Below are positions 19,561-29,600 of a stretch of 41,124 nt of DNA, piece by piece. The notes beneath the pieces were generated by a model that ran no database searches, was not told where the DNA came from, and saw only the letters and a program-made list of their open reading frames with translations. The DNA comes from Bacteroidota bacterium (GTDB taxonomy: Bacteria; Bacteroidota; Bacteroidia; Flavobacteriales_D; JABDKJ01), in assembly GCA_024279715.1 (NCBI GenBank), contig JAJRRH010000154.1, forward strand, positions 1 to 41,124, given 5' to 3'. The translations under genes and the position numbers were made by a program. Position 1 is the stretch's first letter. Every line of letters starts with the position of its first letter.

Positions 19561-20136
19561 ATGTCAAAAACAAAAATCATAAAAGAACGGATTATTCTTG
19601 GAGTAGATCCGGGTACTGTAGCTATGGGTTATGGCATCATAAAAGTTGTGGGTAATAATACGGAACTACTCACTATGGGAGTAATTCTTCTTTCTAAATA
19701 CGATGACCATGCGATTCGTTTAAGGCATATCTTTAAAAGGATCATCTCTTTGATAGATGAATTTCATCCAGATGAATTGGCTATAGAGGCACCCTTCTAC
19801 GGGAAAAATGTACAGAGTATGTTGAAACTGGGGCGTGCTCAAGGGGTGGCCATTGCGGCATGTCTTAGCAGAGAATTGCCTTATGTAGAATATGCCCCTA
19901 AAAAGATAAAACAATCGGTTACAGGCAGTGGTAATGCTTCAAAGCAACAGGTCGCAGGGATGATTAAGAGTATTCTTGAACTTGAAAGCCTTCCATCTAA
20001 CTTTGATGCGACAGATGCTGTTGCTACTGCACTTTGCCATTTTTATCAATCTAAAAATGGGCTTAGTACAGGAAAGAAATATTCAGGTTGGAAATCATTT
20101 GTAGATCAGAATCCGAAACTAAATGCTAAAAATTAA
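19561..20136 (+). CDS. ruvC: Holliday junction resolvase
   Basis: [39 protein letters not shown] and DATDA.A.ALCH. Start at ATG 19561 after the TACCTTCG promoter-like box. Confidence 0.97.
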   Translation: MSKTKIIKERIILGVDPGTVAMGYGIIKVVGNNTELLTMGVILLSKYDDHAIRLRHIFKRIISLIDEFHPDELAIEAPFYGKNVQSMLKLGRAQGVAIAACLSRELPYVEYAPKKIKQSVTGSGNASKQQVAGMIKSILELESLPSNFDATDAVATALCHFYQSKNGLSTGKKYSGWKSFVDQNPKLNAKN

Positions 20137-20525
20137 TTTGCATTACGAATTTTCTCAGCGATGATAAACAATTCATCATTGGTAAGCTTTAGTTTTTCTT
20201 TTGAAAAATTCATCTCCTCTACACTATTCATTGGCAAAAGGTGAATATGGGCATGGGCTACTTCCAAGCCGATGACCGTAACTCCTATACGACGACATGA
20301 TATCCCCTTCTTTATTTTTATTGCCACTTGTTTGGCAAAAATCATAAATTCTGACAACTCATCGTCTTCAATATCAAATATATAGTCTGTTTCCTTTTTT
20401 GGAATAACCAATACATGGCCTTCCACTAAGGGATTGATATCCAAAAATGCTAAGAATTGATTATCCTCTGCAACGATATGAGCAGGTATTTCTTTACTTA
20501 CAATTTTAGAAAAAATAGATGACAT
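20133..20525 (-). CDS. HIT family nucleotide hydrolase
   Basis: SIFSKIV..EIP, AFLDINP...GHVLVIPK and histidine triad HAHIH. Confidence 0.95.
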   Translation of the reverse strand: MSSIFSKIVSKEIPAHIVAEDNQFLAFLDINPLVEGHVLVIPKKETDYIFDIEDDELSEFMIFAKQVAIKIKKGISCRRIGVTVIGLEVAHAHIHLLPMNSVEEMNFSKEKLKLTNDELFIIAEKIRNAN

Positions 20526-20998
20526 TAACGAGTGATTTTCACTATTTCAAACTCTATAGTACCACCTGGAGTTTCTACTTCAGCAATCTCACCGACTGCT
20601 TTGCCTAACAATCCTTTTCCTAATGGAGATTCTATTGACACTTTTTTTAATTTTACATCGGCTTCATTTTCAGCAACCAAAGTATAGGTCATTTCGGCAT
20701 TGGATTTCACATTCTTAATCGTTACGGTAGAAAGTATGAATACCTTAGAGTTATCCATTTGAGATTCATCAATTAATCTAGCTTTGGCAAGACTCTCCTT
20801 AAGTTTTGATATTTTCATCTCCAACATACCTTGTGCCTCCTTTGCAGCATCATATTCGGCGTTTTCACTTAAATCGCCCTTATCCCGTGCATCAGCAATT
20901 TGATTGGAGATTGCTGGTCTATCTACAGACTCGTATTGTTTTAGCTCTTGTTTTAGTCTTGCTAATCCTTCTTCCGTATAGTATGATATATTACTCAT
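20525..20998 (-). CDS. greA: Transcription elongation factor GreA
   Basis: ARDKGDLSENAEYDAAKE and S..SPLGKGLLGK.VG. Confidence 0.97.
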   Translation of the reverse strand: MSNISYYTEEGLARLKQELKQYESVDRPAISNQIADARDKGDLSENAEYDAAKEAQGMLEMKISKLKESLAKARLIDESQMDNSKVFILSTVTIKNVKSNAEMTYTLVAENEADVKLKKVSIESPLGKGLLGKAVGEIAEVETPGGTIEFEIVKITR

Positions 20999-21021
20999 AA
21001 TCCTAAGATTGTGTATTAATT

Positions 21022-21051
21022 AAAAAAAAGAAAACCCTTTAGGAGTTTTCT
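21022..21051 (-). terminator. Terminator-like hairpin in the greA 5' leader
   Basis: Minus strand AGAAAACTC-CTAAA-GGGTTTTCT followed by T7, immediately downstream of the -7 box TATCTTTG (21058-21065). Confidence 0.55.
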
Positions 21052-21093
21052 ATAATGCAAAGATAATAAAAAAATAGTATTGCTAGGGCCACT

Positions 21094-21130
21094 AAAAAAA
21101 AGAGCACCTTTCGACAAGAAAGATGCTCTT
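21094..21130 (-). terminator. Intrinsic terminator of the receptor-cargo-porV operon
   Basis: Minus strand AAGAGCATCTTTC-TTGTC-GAAAGGTGCTCTT followed by a T tract, 19 nt after the porV-like stop. Confidence 0.8.
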
Positions 21131-21149
21131 AAAAATTTCATCCTTGATA

Positions 21150-22196
21150 TTACATATCTATTCTAATCCCAATTCTATGATTTCCATCAAACTGGTTTGT
21201 ATCTTGATAAGAATAATCAAATCCTAAAACTCCTCCTTCATCATTGATAGGCACTTGAAGTGAAAGACCCGCACCGATACCGGTAAGAGAATTAGCAGTA
21301 TTAACTGTACCTATATTGGTTTCGTACATATAACCACCTCTTAAAGCGAAAGATTTACCAAGTCTATATTCTATACCAAATCTATACTGATCGTAAGTAA
21401 AAGAATTTGAGGTAAAGCTCCCAGAAGCAGTAATTTCATTTTTCTCATTCAGTAAGAAGTCGTAACCAACTCCCATTGAAATTAAAGAAGGTAATTCATA
21501 GTTCTCAGCTCTTTGATCGAGAGTCGTTACATAATCATTCAGGTTATCTTCCTGGATAATAGTAGAAGTGCTAAGCCCATCGCCTTCGTATTTCATGGTA
21601 GCTCCAACGTTCTTAAGATTTATACCAATTTTTATTTGATCTTTCTCACCAGTCACATACTGGATACCTGCATCAAATGCAACGCCGCCAGCTTTAAGAT
21701 TGTGTATAGATTCTGAAATCAACTTTACACTAACTCCTCCATATATACTGTTTGAGAATTCTTTAGCGTATGACAATCCAAGTATTGATTTTTTCACACT
21801 AAAAACAGATCCATTTCCATCAGGAACTAATGTAGTAGAATTGTTAAAATCTCCAAAATCAATAAAAGAATATGATATTCCTATAGTTGAAGACTCTCCT
21901 GCTTTTACACCAAGTGCTAATCCATATACTCCAACATCAGATCCTACCATATACCGAGTATTGGTGATTGCTACCTCCATTTTATTGACAAATGCCAATC
22001 CAGCAACATTCATAAAGGATCCTTCAATACCACGTACCGTAGCAATGTTGGAACTCATCAGTCCGGTACTTCGTGCCCACGGGTTTAGCAACAACTGCGT
22101 TGCACCAGCAGAACCTATTCTATCTTCATTTCCAGCATACGTATTTGTTGAACCAAATAACGCCATTGCGGTTAATATTAATATAATTTTCTTCAT
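21150..22196 (-). CDS. PorV/PorQ family outer-membrane beta-barrel
   Basis: Signal peptide, GSAGATQLLLNPWARSTG (the PorV FL.I...AR..G-type motif), N.AGLA, G.S.K.ISE, AFDAGIQY, G..LKNVG, LP.....G.GY and GIEY......LRGGY. Confidence 0.85.
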   Translation of the reverse strand: MKKIILILTAMALFGSTNTYAGNEDRIGSAGATQLLLNPWARSTGLMSSNIATVRGIEGSFMNVAGLAFVNKMEVAITNTRYMVGSDVGVYGLALGVKAGESSTIGISYSFIDFGDFNNSTTLVPDGNGSVFSVKKSILGLSYAKEFSNSIYGGVSVKLISESIHNLKAGGVAFDAGIQYVTGEKDQIKIGINLKNVGATMKYEGDGLSTSTIIQEDNLNDYVTTLDQRAENYELPSLISMGVGYDFLLNEKNEITASGSFTSNSFTYDQYRFGIEYRLGKSFALRGGYMYETNIGTVNTANSLTGIGAGLSLQVPINDEGGVLGFDYSYQDTNQFDGNHRIGIRIDM

Positions 22197-22225
22197 AGTT
22201 TGCTTAATTATAATATTGTTTGATT

Positions 22226-25200
22226 TTAGAAGTCGTTGAGATCAAGTTTCCTAGTCACTCCAAACCATTTCACTACTTTATTCCCAATTCCTGGGGCATC
22301 GATATAGAATATATAAGCACCACCTGAAATAGGAATACTGTATTCATTCTTTAGATCCCATTCTAAGTATGTAAGATCATTATCTTTTGCTAAAGATCTC
22401 ACAAGAGTTCCAGATGTATTGAATATTTTAATCGTACACTCAGGAGGAAGATTGATGATTTTCACTCTATTATCCAACCTGCTATTTTCATAGTATGAGA
22501 ATGCATAATAAGGATTAGGTACCACATTGATTAAATCTAATGCACTTTCTGCAGTTGGTAAATCATTTATCACCGTTGTTGCTCCTTTAGTGCTAAACTT
22601 GTATAGAGGGAACCAATCATTCTCAGATAACGCTGCCATGTCATCGTCATATAAATCCACATCATCATAATCAAACAATCCATCAGGAGCAAGGTAAGGC
22701 GCCTCAAAATGTTTCGCAATGGTTGGATATCTCTGATAAGGTTTTTTAACCCTTAGTTTAATTGACACCTCATTTGGTATCAATCCATCCTGTACAGACT
22801 TCAACTCAAAACCTTCCTTAAGTAAAGGAAGCATTACCCAACTTATGGATGTCATTGCCGACTTTCTTAGTCCCACTGGTTTTGCATACGCATATTTGAA
22901 GAAACGTTTTGCTCCATCATAACTACCAACTCGGTCATTGTCACCTTTTCTTCGAGCCTCATTTCTGAATACGTAAATATAATGCATTCCACCAAATTTT
23001 GCATTTGCAGCACTTTCAGTTTCAAGGAAAGGATTCCACATTTGAGAGGTAGGATTCCAGATCATATCATCTCCATTTTCAGTTCCGAGGTAGCTATTTT
23101 CACCAAATGCCATATTCAATCTCTCACCTGTTTCAACATCTATTGCATATCCTGGGAACCATCCATAGCCAAAACTTTTTCCGATAAGATCTTCGTCTGG
23201 ATGATTGTTCCAATCACCTCCCCAGACTAATTTCTTCCATGATTCTTTCACATCATCATTAAAACTTTGACCACTACTGCCAGGCCACATATCATCATCA
23301 AGAAATGACTGGGTGATATTTTGTGCGCCAAAGTAAGATATCTCATCGGCATTACCGCCTTCCAATATATTCTTACCGTTCTTATCCACAGACAAAGCAA
23401 CTCTTGGGTAGAGTTTAAATGCCATACCTCCATCCGTATTCACTGGGAATTTTTGAATTTCTAGCACCGGTACTCTCGACCATTTAGATTTGTCATCTGT
23501 AAGTATGATGTCCACATTATTGATTTCTTCAAACCTTGTGGAAGTTGAGTTATTATTATTAGCTATATCCACAGGACCATTCCAGTTATGACCAGCCGTA
23601 ATCCACGGACTAACTGTACCACCAAGCACTCCAGCGTATTCAGAATTAGGATCTGGCACTCCTGAATTAACGGCGTTATAGTAACATTCATCATTGACAT
23701 CCGCATCTTCTTGATCAACTCCTTCCGGACAATCCCCTTGAGCAGTTCCAGAGCGTATCCAATTTTGCTCAGAGAAAACATCAACATCATTAACGCCAGT
23801 CAACCATTCGTTCGAAGGGTCATCAAATGTCATTGTAGCCCCAATAAATTCTGGTCTTCCACCTTGAATCGTCGTGAAATCGGTCACTTCTTTCTGCACA
23901 AGCTCTATCGATATTCCATAATCAAGCAATAAATATTCTTCTTGTACGCTTAGGGTTTTTGATGATTCTCCGATAACAGTTCCACTGCCATCAATTATCT
24001 CCCACTTTGTTTCTGTCGCATCAATTTCTGCTCCCTCACTTGGGTTGCCATCTTCTGAATGGAAGAATCGAATTTTGAAATCACCATCTTTTACATTCAA
24101 TGGATCGATTACTTTAATAGCTACCGGAGAACCTCCAGCTTTATATTCAAGTTCATCCACAATCCATGGAGATCCATCCATGATTTCATCAATACTTTTT
24201 TGGCTTAGCTCTAAGAAATTGTCACCTGTTCCAACACCTTCAACTCTGGTTAGAGGTAATAAATCTCCATAAGAAGCTGATATGATGGAGCCATTAGTTT
24301 CTGATTCTGTTTTATGAGGTATACCTTTTATTGCCGTAATCTCAGAGTTATTATAAGATAAACGCCCTTCTAAATATGGTGTTGCTTGCCCTTCCCCAGT
24401 ACCATCTTGAGCTATTGAAAATGGTGCCCATTCATTATAGGCATAAGCAATAACCATAAAGTAGTAAGGTTTATGATTGATCAGTGCTCCTCCTGAGAAT
24501 TTATCAGTTACCACTCTAAATGAATGTTTAATACCATCATCCGTACCTTGTACTTCTTCAACATAGTTGAATCCTCCAGATCCTGCTACTGCCGTCACAT
24601 TAAATATATCGTCCACACCATTATCAATATCCACTTGTGTGATTAGTCTTGCACGTTCTGCATCTTCAAGATCGGCAGCCTTCACTGTTCCGTCAAACAA
24701 CTGGTACACTTTATATCCTTCAAATCTGTAGTTTTTATCTTCTCCATCAGGAATACTAGCATCACTTTCTACATAAGATTCTGTTGCATCCGTTTGACTA
24801 AGATATAGAATTATCTCTTGGTCTAATTCTTGAATTGCTAACCCTGGGGCACCAGGCCCGTCCAAAATTTGGAAACAGTTATCAAACAATGCTTGCGCTT
24901 TATCATCCGCAATAAACAATGCATCTCTTAATGCATCAATTCCACCAGGTGCTTGTGCCCAAACCACACCTACCGTGATATTGTTAAACTCCCCAGGATC
25001 CAGCGTAAATGGTCCAGCAGACTGTAAGAATCTTCTATCTCCTTTCTCATTTCCATCAGTCTCTTCAGACCAAGGTTCTTGGACAAGACCGTTTGTACCG
25101 TAACCAAGTGGATCTGAATCACCAGGCACCACATAGTCACAAATCACATCGCCGCCTAAACCATCTCCACCATACGTGAAAGGCGCGCCATTTTGCCATC

Positions 25201-26569
25201 TACCAGTTAAATAATTATAGAATTCGACTGCATTTCCTGGATCAGTTTGAGGATTTGTACGCTGTCTATCATAATAAACGAATTTACTCATTCCTAGTCG
25301 TTCGTTATCCACAATAGTATCTGGCTCGTCCACATTTGGGTCATAAAATCCAAGACCAATACCTGGATAAGGTATAGCATTTTCGGATTCCCATAAGTTA
25401 GGATTGGGATCAATTAAGTTGTTGATACCATCTGCATCCATATAAGGCCCTTCAAAGAAATCAATTCCGACTGCAGGAGGGTCATCTCCATATCCTGGTG
25501 TACCCGAAACGGATTCGTCAAATTCATCCCCATTGTATGTGTATCCTAATCCTCTTTGCACGTCACAACCCACATAATCATCTTCACTGAAACCAACATC
25601 GGCATCAGCATATTGACCAAAATAAGTGTTTTGCAGTGTCTGAACCCCTCTATTAATCATTACGTAATTATAAAAGGTCATATTGTTAATCTCATCTGTT
25701 GTACCGTACACGAAAGCTTGGGCTTGTATTTCCATTCCAATTGGCTCACCATCCGTAGAACCAGTATGAATACCTCCATTATCATTGAACACCCACCACA
25801 GATTTTCATCTCCAAATAACGGGATTAAATCTTGCGGCCCTCTTGATCTACAATCCACATCACCAGCAATATCATATCCTGGGAAATCACCTTCTGCAGG
25901 ATTGTAGATGCCGTTTTCGCCTTCTGTTCCTACTCGTTCGCCGAAAGGTGCTAATCTAAATGCAAACCCCTCTGTTGGATTATTCCCAGGCCACTCATCA
26001 AAATATGCAGGATATGAATACCCATTTTCAAATGGAGGCTCGTTAATTGCTTCTGGTGGACACTCTCCAGCCGCAATACATTCTAAGGTACTCCAATATA
26101 AATTATGCAGTTGAACATCAGCCAAGCGGGTATGATAATGTCTATCATACTTTTGACATAACACATTCAACGCTGTAGCGCTTCCATCCACAGACAATGG
26201 CCCATTCCAATAATCGGTAGCACCACCTTGTCTATAAAGTACCGCTGCAAGTTTTAATTGTTGATCAGGTGTACGACCACCCATCCACAGTCCACCAGCG
26301 AAAAGGGCATTTACTCCTTGCCCACTAGGCACTTCATAAAGTGGGTTACTTTGATCATACCAAAGCAAACCGCTCGATTCAATACCAAACTCAACGTTAT
26401 TCAAGTTCAATGTAACATAAGCCGTTGGTGGAAAACAGGACTCTGATTTCTCCATTAATTTTTCGGAAGAATTGTTCACAGGTTGTACTCCCGGCAATTC
26501 TTTGTTTTTTGCATCAAGTCCAAAAGTCGTTAGACTGATTAATGCTATTAATAATATACTTTTTTTCAT
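22226..26569 (-). CDS. 1447-aa secreted protein of unknown function with T9SS-like C-terminal sorting domain
   Basis: Signal peptide and an Asp/Gly/Asn-rich body. C-terminus INVVPNPYY...VKIINLP..CTIKIFNTSGTLVR...WDLKNE...ISGGAYIFYID......VVKW. Confidence 0.8.
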   Translation of the reverse strand: MKKSILLIALISLTTFGLDAKNKELPGVQPVNNSSEKLMEKSESCFPPTAYVTLNLNNVEFGIESSGLLWYDQSNPLYEVPSGQGVNALFAGGLWMGGRTPDQQLKLAAVLYRQGGATDYWNGPLSVDGSATALNVLCQKYDRHYHTRLADVQLHNLYWSTLECIAAGECPPEAINEPPFENGYSYPAYFDEWPGNNPTEGFAFRLAPFGERVGTEGENGIYNPAEGDFPGYDIAGDVDCRSRGPQDLIPLFGDENLWWVFNDNGGIHTGSTDGEPIGMEIQAQAFVYGTTDEINNMTFYNYVMINRGVQTLQNTYFGQYADADVGFSEDDYVGCDVQRGLGYTYNGDEFDESVSGTPGYGDDPPAVGIDFFEGPYMDADGINNLIDPNPNLWESENAIPYPGIGLGFYDPNVDEPDTIVDNERLGMSKFVYYDRQRTNPQTDPGNAVEFYNYLTGRWQNGAPFTYGGDGLGGDVICDYVVPGDSDPLGYGTNGLVQEPWSEETDGNEKGDRRFLQSAGPFTLDPGEFNNITVGVVWAQAPGGIDALRDALFIADDKAQALFDNCFQILDGPGAPGLAIQELDQEIILYLSQTDATESYVESDASIPDGEDKNYRFEGYKVYQLFDGTVKAADLEDAERARLITQVDIDNGVDDIFNVTAVAGSGGFNYVEEVQGTDDGIKHSFRVVTDKFSGGALINHKPYYFMVIAYAYNEWAPFSIAQDGTGEGQATPYLEGRLSYNNSEITAIKGIPHKTESETNGSIISASYGDLLPLTRVEGVGTGDNFLELSQKSIDEIMDGSPWIVDELEYKAGGSPVAIKVIDPLNVKDGDFKIRFFHSEDGNPSEGAEIDATETKWEIIDGSGTVIGESSKTLSVQEEYLLLDYGISIELVQKEVTDFTTIQGGRPEFIGATMTFDDPSNEWLTGVNDVDVFSEQNWIRSGTAQGDCPEGVDQEDADVNDECYYNAVNSGVPDPNSEYAGVLGGTVSPWITAGHNWNGPVDIANNNNSTSTRFEEINNVDIILTDDKSKWSRVPVLEIQKFPVNTDGGMAFKLYPRVALSVDKNGKNILEGGNADEISYFGAQNITQSFLDDDMWPGSSGQSFNDDVKESWKKLVWGGDWNNHPDEDLIGKSFGYGWFPGYAIDVETGERLNMAFGENSYLGTENGDDMIWNPTSQMWNPFLETESAANAKFGGMHYIYVFRNEARRKGDNDRVGSYDGAKRFFKYAYAKPVGLRKSAMTSISWVMLPLLKEGFELKSVQDGLIPNEVSIKLRVKKPYQRYPTIAKHFEAPYLAPDGLFDYDDVDLYDDDMAALSENDWFPLYKFSTKGATTVINDLPTAESALDLINVVPNPYYAFSYYENSRLDNRVKIINLPPECTIKIFNTSGTLVRSLAKDNDLTYLEWDLKNEYSIPISGGAYIFYIDAPGIGNKVVKWFGVTRKLDLNDF

Positions 26570-26632
26570 ATTATGGATGTAATTATATTACGGGTGAATT
26601 TCACCCAAAAATCAATTGTCTTTTCTCTGTGT

Positions 26633-29600
26633 TTAAAAATCCATTCGTACACCTATCTGGATCGTACGAGCCATTCCGTAGTTGTAAGGGTTTTCAAGTC
26701 TTAAGTTATAATAATTTGTGAAAGCAGCAGAATCTTCAGCACCATCAATTTCTTGCTGACCAATACCTGAAGTTAGGTAGCCATCATTACTTGGTGAACC
26801 CGTGTAGGAATATACATTACGTACAATCTTTGTGTTCAATAAATTGTTAACTAACAGATACACATTCATGTTGCTAGTCTTCGCTTTGTCTTTTTCATCA
26901 TCTTTTCCAAATTTTAACGTGATATCACGATCAATTTGAAGATTCAACTGTGCTGATCCAGGCATATTCGCACCATTTATTGATCCATTTAGCCCTCTTG
27001 CACCGTCTAATAAACTACCTGCTATTTTTCTAGAATTGTATGGTGTTCCTGATCCTATATCCGCTATCAGGTTAGCCCCCATATTCTGGAATACTTTCTT
27101 ACCAAACCATACTGGCCCATTATAATCACTCCCTGAACCATATCTATAATCCATAACAATGTTTATAGCGTGTCTTCTATCATAATCCACAGGATTGATA
27201 ACTCTTAAGTTTGGCTCACCATTTCTTGCCAAGGTCTGACCCGAAGCAGAGTTTGAACCAGTACTATTTGCGAATTGCAAAGTGTAATTTGCGAGAAGTC
27301 TTACATTACCTGTACGACGTAGATCAAACGCGAAAGTCATTCCTTTTACCGTACCAAAATCAATATTTTCATACGTTAGATAATTGTTTGGCCATGCATT
27401 CGCTAAAAACCTAACATTCAATTGATCACTCATATCACGATAAAACCCTGAAATCTTTAAGGAAGAGCTCTTTGTTAACACTTGCTGAAACCCTAGTTCA
27501 TAGTCTACTGTTCTGGAAGGACGAAGATTTGGATTGTTTGTCACAGAATTACTTCTTGTCTCAATAAAGTCATAATGAACAAGATTTAATCTGTTTTGAC
27601 CAGCACCTGGTCTTTGTGTCAGTACGTCATAATGGGCGAAAAATACCGCCTCATCAGATATTGGAAATGAGAATGCTAAACGAGGCATCACGTTTATTAC
27701 CGGCTGATAATCAACAAAAGCTTGAGGGTCTAGGAATTGTGAACCATCGGCAGCAACAGTCTCCGGTGTCAAGTATGGCACTACAGTAGAGCTTTGAATT
27801 AAATCTGGACTACTTACAAACACACCGTCTGCAGTATACCAGTCATTTCCATCTCTATACCCAACAACATTTACGGTACTCGCTTCATAGTCCTCTACAT
27901 ATACCACATAATCATCACCAATATTGGAAGGTGCTTGAAGATTATCAATTGGATTGTTACCCACTGTATAGTAGTCACCTACTATATAATTATCCTTTAA
28001 CACTTTTTGATTTGCATCATATCTATCTACTCTGACACCAACATTGAAGATAATATCATCAAAGGAGAATTTATCCATCAAGAAGAATGCATTGTAAATT
28101 GGTCTAAAAGCACCCAACTGTTTCGTTTTATATCCTTTATCATCTACCGCATTGAAATAGTCATCAAAACTTGGATCAGAAGTAAGTTTATTACCCTTGT
28201 GATCAAAACCATAATAACTTACTAGTGACGATCCATTAGCCAAAAGATCATCTGCACTAAACATGTCTATGCTCAACTGCTCAGGACTTACAGCATCAAT
28301 ATTTGCTTGTTCGATATCATTTAAGCCCATTGACTCTCTAAAGTTCAGGTTAAATAGTGTTGGGTCATCTGTAGCTGCCAACGCCCAATCATATTGAAAA
28401 AATCCATCCACTGGCACATCACTTTGAACGGAACCAACCACTTCCGTTTGTCCACCTAACAGTTGACGACCACGAGTCCATAGTCCAACAGGAGCGAGAT
28501 CATATCCTCTATCAACTCTTTGTTCATATTCGACCCCAAGTGTAATGGCATGGTCACCAACATCCGCAGAACCAGATGCTACTAATCGCATTTGGCTATT
28601 ATCTCTTTTTCGGTATAAGTTATTTGCTAATCCAGGAGCATTCCATAATCTATAAATACTCCTTGGCACATCTCCGTTTCTTAATACACCTGCAGCAGAA
28701 ATATTCTCTAGACTCATCGTTGCATTAGGATCATCAATTGAATTGAAATATTGACTGGTAATTCCTGCCAAATCTGGATTCACTGAAGATGGCGTAAAAA
28801 CAACTAAAGTATCTTGCACACCACTTTGGTGCATAGCTCCATTTTCAAATTCATACGTTTTTGTTTGGAAAATATCGAACTTTCCAACATGCCCATATCC
28901 AAAGAAGTTCTCTCCATGCTGTTTATCTTCTATCACTCTGTTGAATTTAGAGTAATCTGCACTAATTGTGTAAAAAGCATTCTTGATTTTAGCCTTACTA
29001 TCTGCACTATCATCAGACTTAAATCGCTGAGTAAACCTCACATACGTTCTCCAAGAAAGATCTTTTCTGTTTTCATTATTTTTATAGTTCAACAATGAGT
29101 TAGAACGTCCTTGTCCACCGGGGAATCCATTAGTTCCTGTATATCCTCTAAAAAGAAATTCATTTGTATTCAGATAATCACCAGATGCTCCCACAGAAAG
29201 TGTCACATCCGGACTAACATTATAATCTATTTTACCAGAGACAGATGCACCTGTTCTACCTGCATTTCTACTAGCAGCTCTGTGCTCGAAGTCACCGGCC
29301 TGTAATAAATTTGCTCTAGAAGAGGTACTATAGGAAGTAGATCCATCGTCGTTTAAAACTTCAGAAATAGCAGAAGGGTTCGCCTCTATATCTGCCAATA
29401 CATCATCTTTTACATACCAGTTACCAATAGCGGATGGACGTGAATCTTCAAACTGACGCACATTACCTGACAAGAAGAATCCTAGTATTGGAGAGGTCTT
29501 AGTGCCTGCTGAATCTTTTCTAAAAACCAAAGGTCCGGCGAAGAATCCCTCCAATTGAGTTCTTCCAAAAGCATCTAACCCGACATTCTTATCTCCTGAT

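Noticed and set aside
21700-22239. 179-aa plus-strand ORF and other antisense ORFs (for example 1564-1989, 6720-7040, 14694-15062, 18405-18746, 31983-32408)
   Set aside because: These are shadow frames opposite well-supported genes, with no independent motifs or promoters.
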